Shown here: positions 37,101-50,926 of the stretch, in pieces | Layout: each line of letters starts with the position of its first letter | Position numbering within the stretch: the first letter of the stretch is position 1 | NCBI GenBank assembly: GCA_001179505.1 | Contig: CDMY01000476.1 | Location: 1 to 64,000, forward strand | Reading direction: 5' to 3' | DNA length: 64,000 nucleotides | From: Vitrella brassicaformis CCMP3155 | Taxonomy: Eukaryota > Protista > Chromerida | Notes under the pieces: generated by a model | Databases searched by the model: none | What the model was told of the DNA's origin: nothing | Seen by the model: the letters and a program-made list of their open reading frames with translations, nothing else | Program-made: the position numbers and the translations under genes

Positions 37101-38423
37101 TCCGCCTCGTGTGGCGGTGGGGTCCGTCAGCGGATCCGGGAAGTGCTGTCTGTCACCGGCGATCGGGACTGCACGCCACCCGCACAGCCCCTTCAGGACA
37201 TAGAGGTGAGACAGACATGTTTGTGCTGGCCACCACAGGTGCAGTACAAAAATGAGGTCTATGTGTGTGGTCAGATATGCAACACGGCCAGCTGCAGTCC
37301 CGACTGCAAGCTTGGCGGCTGGGGCAACTTCTCGCTCTGCGACAAATCTTGTGGAGGGGGATTCCAGTTTTCAAAGAGGTAATTGACGACGCACACAGAC
37401 GCGAGACGCACATATGGGCCCCTCTTATTTATCTCGTGCAGGCCTGTGATTGAGGAGGCACGAAGTGGCGGCAGCTGTCCAGGGCCCCGAGCACACGAGC
37501 GGCTGAAGCGTCGGCCATGCAACCAACATCCCTGCCAGGACTCCATCAAATGCGCCACTGAAATGGACCTCGTCGTTCTGGTGAGTGACCTGAGAGCGAG
37601 ACGCGACTTTTGCAGCCCACCATCTGTTCCGCCATGATGTATGCATGTGTGGGTGCAGGTGGATGGGTCTGCCTCGATGACTGCCGGCGGCTTCTCTGCT
37701 GTCAAGGGCTTCCTCAAGACCCTCATCGGCAGAATGACTCTCAGCGGCAAACACGTCAAGGTACGCACGCATCAGAAGCACAGGCCAGCTGCGTCGCGGC
37801 ATTGCTCTCTCCATCTGGATGCAGGCGGGTTTGGTGCTCTTCCACGATATGGGGGTGGTTGCGTCCGGCCTCACTGCTGACGAGGCTGCTTTGAAGACGG
37901 CTGTGGGCAACCTGGACTTCCCTGCGTGGACGAGCAACCTCGCCCAGGCCATGGAGATGACGCAGCCCATTTTGATGGAGGGAAGGTCTGAAGCTGTGTC
38001 GGCCGTCTTGGTCATCACCGACGGCAAAACCAACGACGCGTGGCTGACCAAACAGGTCCACTCCACACACACACGGATGGATGGATGTAGCTGCGGAAAT
38101 GTGATGTCTCTTCCCTTCTACCCTCCGTGTTTATGTCTGGTCCAGGCGTCAGGGCGTCTGAGGCAGCGGGGTGTGCGGGTGGCGTCCCTCATCATTGGAA
38201 ACGACGCACCACAGGTAAACACGAGGACTCTCTTACACAGAGGGCAACAGGGGGCGTCTTGTGTGCTGGTTGCCGGCTGGGATGTGTGTAGGAAGAGGTC
38301 AGCGCTTGGGTGTCGTACCCCTCATCACACAACATCGTTATCGCTCCGGCGTTCGAGGACCTGGCGAGGAAAGAGCTGGTGACCAACCTGATAGCCAATC
38401 TGTGCCCCGTCGTCACGTCATAG
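34160..38423 (+). CDS. Extracellular-type coiled-coil + thrombospondin type-1 repeats + von Willebrand A domain protein
   Basis: TSP1 motifs WTVGPCSKSC...TR and WGNFSLCDKSCGGGFQ...R...CN..PC. vWA with MIDAS DGSAS, TSNL and VITDG. Heptad-rich N-terminal half. First exons approximate. Confidence 0.85.
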
Positions 38424-38632
38424 CTCTATCGGCACCGACACAGCTGGTACACTCAGACTTTTACTCGCCTCTGGTCAGCCGGTCATTGTCGTCGATCGCA
38501 GAGACACCTGTCCTGTCAGCGGGTCATCAATTGTTTTGAAGTTGGGTGCATGTGTGTGATGGATGGATGGACAGACATTCGTGTAGGGAATGAATCGATG
38601 GTAGGGTGGCTATGTGGCAGACAGACTGCCCC

Positions 38633-39106
38633 TCAACGCAACTCTATGCCGTGGTTTGGATCAATAGTCTGTTGAGTGAGGGACCTGCACACGCAGCTGT
38701 CTCAGCATCAGTGTCAGTCACTCGACGCACACGACAGCCAGCCAGCCAGCCAGCCATCATTCTCTGAAGGGCCACACCACCGCTCCACACACATGCACAC
38801 ACGGCAGCCATCCATCCATCCATCCATCTATCCATCCAATGGCCCTCTTGGACGCCAACGGCCCATCAGACGCTCCATGCACGCCCATACGTACCTCTCT
38901 CGTGCCACGCGATAGAAGATGAAGTGCTGATTGAGGTACGGGTCGTTCTCCATGACGGCCGACGGCGTTGTGATGGCCGCCATCGCAATTGCACTGTGGA
39001 GCCTTCGCTGCGGCATCGGCTTCAAACGAGTCGCATCTGCAATGACTTCTCTGACTGGTCCATGGCTTCGACGATATTTCTTCGACGAAAACAGAGGTGA
39101 GGACAC
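38633..39106 (-). CDS. Small hypothetical protein (two exons, start codon unresolved)
   Basis: ...MAAITTPSAVMENDPYLNQHFIFYRVARE-R|SLTQQTIDPNHGIELR* is joined by a phase-2 GTACGT...TGCAG intron. No family recognised. Confidence 0.35.
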
Positions 39107-39239
39107 TGCCGCTCAATAGGCTGTGTTCTGCGTCCCGAAGGCGCGGCAAGAGGTAATGGCTGAGAAAGGTTTCGCGAGGGATGCGAGCTTTTGGCCTGGA
39201 AGGTGGGAAGGGACGAGGCTGTGATCTAGGCTGCAGTCC

Positions 39240-41316
39240 ATGGGTGAGGAGTCCGTCGATGTCGCCCCGTTCTTGGGACCAGCCTCCCATGTGTCGAAAT
39301 GGGTCTTCACGAAGGATGAGCTGCAGCGGAGGAGGGCTGCCGCCAACCAAGATGCCTGCGGGAGAACAAACGAGGCCATCGACCACGGTGAGTGTGAGCA
39401 GCTGCAGCTGGCGCGCCATGCAGTAATGAATGTGTGGCTTTCGCTTCATCTTGCGTGTGTGTGCTGCTGGTGGGGACAGACAGGAAGCTTCGTCAGCAGC
39501 GAGATCAGGGTGAGCGTCTGGCGGTGTCGCTTGAGGAGGAGCTGATGCTGACGTCCTACTACAGCCACCGCCTCCTCAGCCTCTGTGATCACAAGAAATA
39601 CAGCTTCAGAGTCAAGGTGGGTGTGACCCGGCAGACAGGCAGGAGGGGAGCACTGTATGGTGTGTTCTTGGTTGCAGACGACTTCCACGATGTTCTTCAA
39701 GCGGTTCTTCGTCAACCGTTCCTGCATCGACTACGACCCCCTGCAGATACTGTGAGCGAGCGAAAGAGCGACAGTGTCAGTCAGCCCTCCAAGAGCGAAA
39801 GAGCGCATCCGTATCTATGTGTGTGTGTCAGTGTGGTGTGCATCGTGTTGGCGCACAAGGTGGAGGAGCTCCACGATGAGGACCTCAAGGCTCTCATACA
39901 CGGACTCAAGGTCCCCCTGAAGGGTGGGTGCGGAGAAGCAGACAAGCAAGACAGACAGCACTAATGCACATTCGTTTGGGCTGTGTGTGTGTGTGTGTGT
40001 GTGTGTATTGGTCAGTGATAGTTGACCTCGAGATAGAGGTGCTTGAGGCGCTTGACTTTGAGCTGCTCGTCACCCACCCACGATTCGCCATCCGAGAAAT
40101 GGTCGACGACTACCACACGGTCAGCACGAGTCGGTGAGAGGGTGGGGTCGGTGAGGGCGTGGGCATGGCACTGTATGTCTGATTTATTTATTTGTCAGTG
40201 GTGTGGTGAGCACGCGGTGCCTCAGTTACAGAAGGAGGATGCACTGCAGCTGGTCGAGGGCGCCGAAGGACTCGCGCTGCAGCTATACGAAACCGAGTCA
40301 GTCAGACGACGCCACACTGTCGCCCACACAATAGATAAATAAATGCCTCCGTCCATCCATCGTGTGTGTGTATACTGACTGACCCCCATGCCTCCCTCCG
40401 TTGCTGTGCTGTCCTGTGTTGACATCCCCAGCATCCCCCTGCTATGCACACCAGCCCATATCGCCGTGGTGAGCGTCAAAATCACAGCCGAGAACAACAA
40501 GCTCGATCTCAGTGACAAGTAGGGAGGGACGGACGGACCGGGTTGGTGGGCAAGGGCCCTTCTGTCAAACAGGACTCATTAATGTGTGGCTGCCCTCTTC
40601 ACGGTTGCAGGTTCATTGAGGAGTGTTTCGCATCGAGAGGGGTCGAGCTCGCCGCTGTCGAGCAGAAGGTCAAATTCATCAGGGTGAGGCCGGCAGCAAG
40701 ACTGTCGACTGATGGATGTGTGTGTGGGTGTTGTCTGTCTCAGGATGCAGCAGCGTCGATCAAGAGGCATGGGACAGACAGCCCAGAGGCGACGAAAGAA
40801 CAGGCAGGACATTGACACGCACAAGGAAGGCATGACATGACAGCCATCGATAGATTGTGTGTGTATGGGTGCAGGAGGCGGCAGCCAAGATCTTCAAGCG
40901 GTGTCAGAGCTGCAGGAAGGCCATCAAGAGGCTTCGGCATCACAAGGAACAAAGCGCAGAGTACGCAAACACACACACACACGGCAGGCGCAGCGCGCCT
41001 CCATTGACCTGTGCGGTGTGATCTGACCTGGGCAGGTCGGTAAAGGCGGGAGGCGTCAAGACAGAGGGTGACAACGGCAGCGAGAAGAAAGGCAAGCGCG
41101 ACAAGAAGGAGAAGAAGCGCAAACACGGAGGTGAATGCCGACACGGCACATCACCGAGGCAGCAACACAGACATGCAACGAACGACCTGTCTCCCTCCCT
41201 CCCTTGCTTGCCGTGCGCACCGATCAGATGTCGCCTTGGGTGGTGATGCGACGGACGACGTCAAGCGGCTCAAGATTGAAGACGACCGACCACAGCCATC
41301 GCCGTCAGATGGCTGA
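39240..41316 (+). CDS. CCNH: Cyclin H/Ccl1-like cyclin
   Basis: SHVSKWVFTKDELQRRRAAAN, LEEELML..YY, TSTMFFKRFFVNRSCIDYDP, CIVLAHKVEE and EIEVLEALDFELLVTHP match the cyclin H cyclin box and N-terminus. Confidence 0.85.
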
Positions 41317-42304
41317 GAGTGGCTGATATGATTGATGTTGGATGAACGGTCCGATACTTGTGGATACGCGCGAGGGGGATGGATCTTTTCATACCCCCTG
41401 TGATGACCAGTTGAATGAAATGATGCAGGGCAGGGACACGAGCAGCTGAGTGAGATGATGTGAAAGGGGCAATCACAGCTGCGCTGAGTGTCTGTACGTG
41501 CCATGCATGTGCGCAACGCATCCCACACACACGGATGGATGGATGGATGGACGGATGTACCTGTCTGTTGTGGGAGTGACTCATCATTCTCCCTGAAGCC
41601 ATCAATCACCTACACACGTTGTCGTTCATCATCATCATCCAATGAGATTTTGCGTTCTGGTCTGTGGTCGTGTGGTGGCTGGAGCACTAGGGCAGAGTCG
41701 ACTATGTTGGCGGTAGGCGCCTTTGCAGTGAGAGGCAACAAATAGTCCTTCAAGAGTGAGTGAGTCACCGGCACACATCACACACACAAGCCAGCTGTAC
41801 ACTCATCCATCTACCACACGCCCATCGACAAGCCTGGCCAGCAAACCATGGCAGCAACCCCCCTCGTCCAGTCTACACACTCCTCCATGCAGAGAGGGAA
41901 CAAATAGTCCTTACGTGAGCGACAGAAAAAGAGAAAGCGAGTCAGTCACCACCAACACACGCACGACCCAGCTGTACACTCCATCGACCAGCCAGCAGAC
42001 CATGGCGGCAATCCCTCTCATCCAACCACTCCTCCGCACCACCAGGGAGGCCGCACATTACGCGGGCACCAAAATTACTTAAGCCGGCTGGTGGTTGGGC
42101 AAGGGAGGGAGGGAGGGCGGGAGGGAATGCACACAGAGAGGGAGAGAGAAGGGAGGGAGAGAGAGAGAGAGAGAAAGAGAGAAAGGCACGGCAGCCGCAA
42201 AGGCAGCCAGTAGGCCAACGAGCTAGTCAAGCAAGCAGCGATCCAGCCATCCATCCATCTACCACCTGCCCACCATCCCTGTCTGCTGCCGGGCAAGCGG
42301 GCGG

Positions 42305-45140
42305 CTACAGGCCGTGCCAGCACTTCTTGTGCGGCACGACCGACACCTCCACCTGGTGCAGCAGGCTGGACTGCTGGCACATGGGCCCCATGACGTGCTC
42401 CTCGAGTGTGGTGGAGGTGGTGACGGGGATCTTGGGTGGGGGGCCCTGGCTGGCGCGCTTGAGCTCCTTCAACTTGCTGCACACACGCAGCGCAGAGAGA
42501 GACCACATGCAATCAAGGCATAATTGGTGGATGGATGGCGTGGGGCGCCCATGACTGAGTGAGTGAGGGAGTGGCTGACCGACCGCTTGGCGATGTCTCC
42601 GAGGTAGACGGCGGCGTACTTTGGCTTGAAGACGTCACTGTCCGCCAGGCGCCTCCCCTTCTCACGGGTCACGTACACCTCCACGATGGGCGGCGCGAAG
42701 GTGGTAGGGGGGCGGCTGGAGCCCTGAGCACGCACCTGGAGCTGCTCAACCCACAAACCAAGCTCGGCCTGAGAGGGAGGGGACAGGACACACACACACA
42801 CACACACACACACATTCACACGGTCGCAGCGGAAGGGTGGGTGGGGTGGGGAGGGGTGGGCGCTTACGCAGGACAGTATCGTCGTATTTTTCGGTATCTT
42901 GGTGACAAAGCTGTCCGTCACGGTGGCCGCCACCCGCACCACGTCAAACATCGACTGCATTAAGCGGACCATCCATCCATCCATAGGCGTGTGGTGTGCC
43001 GTGTTTCTCTCTGTGTGTTGTGCTTATCGGATGCATTGCAATGCATACCAGGCTGCCGTCGGCCATGTGGGCGAGATCGTAGGTCTTCTGAGTCAGATAT
43101 CGACGGCCGCCCCAGGGGGGGTCGATGACGGCCTGCACAGCACAAACACATCCGCATGATGGACGGACGTGTTGGCCTCTGTGCAGATGGGTGGGTTGGT
43201 GAGTATGTCGTGTGTCGACTGACTGACCAGGTCGGCCTTGAAGTCGTAGTTGTCCTACCGGTCTACTACGGACTCGTAGTCCTCGGGCAGGGCAATGACG
43301 GGCTCCACACCTGCACACCCATCCACACACACACACAAACACACACAGGGTGGTGGTGAGCGAGGGGTCTGTCTCTTCCTTCGTTGTATATTGCTACCGT
43401 ATTGTTTGGTGTTGTGCTCGAGTATCTCCACGTGCTCGGCTTCCTTATCCATACTATACACGCTGAGGCCCTCTCGCAACATTGCTATGGTATCCCCCCC
43501 TGCGCACACACACATACACAAGCACGACACACGAGGCATTCCGTCAGTCACATGTAGTGGATGTATGCGTGTGTGCCATTTGTGTGTGTACTGTATTATG
43601 TGTGTGTACCTGCCCCAGCAAAAAGGTCGACCACTGTGCCCTTGGGGTATAGCTGGCTGCAGCTGGCCGCCTGGTGGAGGGCGATGGCCTCTGGACTGAT
43701 ACTATATCTGGTCCACACACATACAACATGCACATCCATGGACCCTCTTCTTCGCCTCCCTCCCTCCCTCCCTCCCATGTGTGTCGTGTCGCTCCCTTAC
43801 GTCATCTCGTCATTCAGTTTGATAGGCCTGGTCGCCAGCCATCGCTGTCTCGCCTCCTTGCCCTTCCCAGCCGGTCCCTCTATGATTATTACCTTCACGA
43901 ACACCGAACCCTGCACAGCCACTCGGTGGGCGGCCTCGATGGCCTCCAGCTCCTGGCGCGTCGCCAGCCACATGGCGGAGGTCGTGGCGGGGTCGGGCCA
44001 TGTGGTGGTCATGGCTGAGTTGGTGGCCGGTGCGGCCGTCTGGTCTCCCGCCTTCTGCAGCACCGTCGCCTCCCGGGCCATACCCTCCTGCAACTCCCTG
44101 CACACATCAACACACATTCACACGGACTCGTTTGTGCAAGTGTATAAAGTGAAAGGCTCGTTTAGCTTGTGAATGTGTACCGCTTGGCCGCCTCGATGCG
44201 CTGTATGTAGGTAACCATGGCCTCTGCCTCCCTCCCTTGCTGACTCTGCACATACCCACACGCCATGCCACGATAGGCACACGGAGAGATGGATGAATGT
44301 CATGGATGTGCCGGTGCAGACGTGTGTGTGTGTTGGGGGTTAGTGGGGGGGTGGGGGGGTGGCGTACGCACCTCGGCCTTCGGTGTGGCGGTGACGGGCA
44401 CCTCGTTGCCGTCGGGGAACATGCAGGTGCTCTTGCCGTGCATCTTGCCGTTGACCCCGTCGCTCTCGTACTCCACCACGTTGTCCTTGGCGCTCACGGG
44501 CGTCTCCGCGCCCTCGCCGTGGCCCTTGTCGTTGCGCCACTGGCCCTGGTACACGTCACCCTCGAAGTAGCGGTAGGTCCCCCGGCCGTGCATCGTGCCG
44601 TCCACCCAGTCGCCCTCGCACTCGGCTCCTTTCTGGTAGGTCAGCTTGCCCTCGCCGTTGATGCGGCCGTGCTCCCACTGGCCCTCGTAGCGGTTGCCGC
44701 TCGCAAACAGCGCCGTGCCGTGGCCGTGGATGCGGTCGTCGACCCACTGACCCTCGAACAACTCACCCTCGTCCTCGTACTTCTCGTGCCCTGCACACCA
44801 CACCACACCACACCACACCATGACACGTGGACCGATGGATGGATGGATGGATTTGTTCCCGTGTGCTCGTGTTACTGGCTCACCGTTGTGTTTGATGACA
44901 GAGCCGTCGGCCAGCATGAGATCAGCCTTAAGGAACGCGGCCGGCGGCGGGCTCTTGGGCACCAGCTCGGCGACTAGCATGTCCATGATAGACATTGGTG
45001 GCTCCTCGTCCTCCGCCTGCACGCGGCCATTCAGAGAGAGAGAGAGAGAGAAGATGAAATGCGGCCCGAGAGTGGGGGAGATGGGCAGAGGGTGACGTGT
45101 ACAGCTGGGTGACATAGAAATGTGCGCTTTTCCTGACCAT
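42305..45140 (-). CDS. MORN-repeat / Tgs1-type RNA cap guanine-N2 methyltransferase fusion protein
   Basis: Tgs1 motifs: IKLNDEMT|YSISPEAIA, VVDLFAGAG|GDTIAM, ILEHNTKQY|GV, VIDPPWGG..Y, KIPKN. An upstream MORN exon (44372-44791) splices phase 0 to 44245, then phase 2 to 44097, in frame with the methyltransferase. Start could be 45140 or 44995. Confidence 0.8.
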
Positions 45141-45876
45141 CTTGGTGTTGGTTTGTGTGTCGTTCGGCCTCCCTATCCCTCTCATCAGATACCCCCACAG
45201 TCCCCTGCCAGACAGCACGCGGCAGCCACTTGAGGAACGGAGTGCACCACCTGGCCTTGCTCTCGCCTCACCTGACGTAATCCATCTGTATCCTTATCTG
45301 TATCAATCACTCAGTCAGACAGACCTGCACCACACAGCACACAGACAGCAAAGGCACTCATTCGGCGTCACGTCCGATGCAGTGCAGCGCCACACATCAT
45401 CATGATGGCGTGAATGCAGGAAAGAGATGTCAGCGGCCTTTTCCCCTTTGGCCCCTCCGAATACTCACCGTTATGGTCTCCTCTCTCGCCTACGAGGGCT
45501 CACTCTACTCGGGCTCACTCGCCGCTGAAGGTTTTTATGCTGCTGAAAGGCGCACTGGCAGTTGGCGCGCTCGATGTCATCTCTCGTTTTCAGCAGCCAG
45601 AAGCTTAATTTGCTCTGCAGCCGCGGTGACCTGGGGAAAGGCGCGATCGCGATCATCCGTGAAATCGCTCTCTTTGGAGAGGCAGTTTCGCGTGACGGTG
45701 GAGGCCTCGCCACGCTTCGTCGGTGCTCATTCTCCACAGCTGTGTTTGGCTGGATCGCCGACAGCGGCATCAACGAAGGGACGGTGCAGCCACTGATTAG
45801 CTGCTGATCCGCGTCTTGGTCGTTGGCCAAACAGAGAAGGGTCTGTCTGTCTGTTCAACGAAGTGTGTCAGAGGCC

Positions 45877-48944
<3,068 letters not shown>

Positions 48945-49949
48945 TGGGGTGCGATGGGGCGAATGGTGCGGTGTGGGCGGTTCTGGTTGGTGTGGGTAAG
49001 TGTTCGTACGTTCGTTCGGGTGCGCGTTGGCCATGTCAGGTTTCAGTCAGCGCTGTATGTATGCTGTGCCGTACCTACCGTCCCCCCCGCGCACACACGT
49101 GCGGGGCGCGGGGCGCTCTTTTTGTCGGTGTACTTTGCCGCTTAATGAAGGGAGGAAAGGGTGTTGCTTGAATTGAAGAGTGAATGGTGTACTTGTAAGT
49201 GGGTCCGTCAGTCCGAGTGCCGGTGTGGGTATGGTATGTGCCTGTCGGTGTGTATCTGTCTGTCTGTCTGTCTGTGGCGGCCCTTGCACTGCATTGCAGC
49301 CTGACGTTCCGGCGCATGCACATGATCGTGGGTGGATGCGTGTGTGTGTGAAGTGAAGGTCAGGCGGTGTGTGAAGTGAAGGTCAGGCGGTGATGGTGTC
49401 AATCAATCGGACTGACTGTGTGATGGTGAGGGGTCAATCGGACATCGAATGGACGGACTGCAGGTTTTGCGTGTCTAATTGGAGATGAACTCTCGCTCGA
49501 TGACGATGCATGCCCTCATTTGGTTTCAGCCTTGTCAGGTCGATCACACTGCGCTCAGTCATTGCATCCTGGTCATGGTGCTGAAAAAAAGGCCGACCTA
49601 AACCACATACACTCACTGATGGGCCACATGTCACGCGCACTATTAGAATGCGAACAATAAGGAAGAGACACACACAGTAGGAAGCCCCCCATCCCCCTCC
49701 CTCCCTCCCTCATATCCCTCTTTCCCTCATACGCCCACCCTATACCGATCATCCCCAGGGACCTTCTCACCCACCGCCTCTCTTCATCTTGAACAACACC
49801 ACAGGGCTCGACGACAGAAACTGCTCGCCGATCGGAGAGCGAAAGCCGTCCTCAATGCCCTCTGCGCCTTCCTCCTCCTCCTCCCGTTGGTCGTGCAAAA
49901 GGTGTGGGTGGCTCAGAATAGGTGAGGGAGTCGACACGGGAGATGCTGT

Positions 49950-50900
49950 ACTCATGTGGTTGTGCCTGCTGCTGCAGATGGTGGTGTGGTTGGGCGTGCT
50001 GCTGCGGGAGAGGGTGCTGAGCCGACGGCCTCATGTGGTGTGCTGTGGCTGGCGGACGAAGACGCGACAGTGCTGCTCCACCGCCTTGTCGATTCCGTGT
50101 TCCAGCAGGTCATCGTCGAGCGGTGGCGGCAGAGGATAGGCCGCTAGCAGCCCCGCCAGGATGTGGTTCAGCTGCCCGTGTCTTGAAGTACCTCTTCAGT
50201 GAAGGCGCCCCACCACTTGTCCCTGCGGCTTGCCGCCGCACACCATTTCCGCACCCCCAGGCGTCGTTCAGCTGGGTATTCCATCTGCCACATCAAGCAG
50301 CATAAGGTAGCCAGACAGGCAATTCCAATGAGACAGAGACCGATTCCGATGGACATGCTGCTTGGTGTGCCGTGTCTCTCCATGTGTGAGCGGGACTAAC
50401 CGACCGATCCACCCACGCACCCACCCACCCACCTCTTTTCGCTGCAATATCTCCTCCTCATCGCGAGGCTTCCCCGTGCCGAAGATCGACGCTGTGCGGC
50501 CCCTAATACACACACACACACAGACAGACAGACAGACAGACAGACAGCTAGAGAGAGACTCAAATGAGCGAGCACTGAAGAAGTGACTCACTGCCTGAGG
50601 AGCGATGCAGGTGTGTCGATGGGCCCCTTGGGTTTGTCGAGGTGGAGGTGCTGCACCGGGTGGAAGGGCTTGTCTTCCCCTGCTCCCGTCGCCCCGTGTG
50701 CCGACGACTCGGGGGTATTTCTTCGCTCAATCTTCGGAGCTCGCAAAACCGTTAAAAAGGCCGCGAAGGTCACCCGTCAGGTTCTCTCGGAGCTGAAAGA
50801 ACTCCACCGGGTGGCAGCGAGGCTCAGCAAGGACCAGAACACCAAGCATTTCTCCCGGGGCGAGAAAGGAACACCGAATCGAGGGCGGCCGCCAGTGGCA
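49950..50900 (-). CDS. Hypothetical protein with an eIF4B/eIF4H-like SIFG-x-x-KP motif; boundaries uncertain
   Basis: Exons ending 50592 and starting 50502 splice in phase 2 to HLHLDKPKGPIDTPASLLRQGRTASIFGTGKPRDEEEILQRKE, resembling the eIF4B RAASIFGGAKP segment. Confidence 0.45.
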
Positions 50901-50926
50901 CCGGTGTCGATCTTGGCTTCGCAGCG

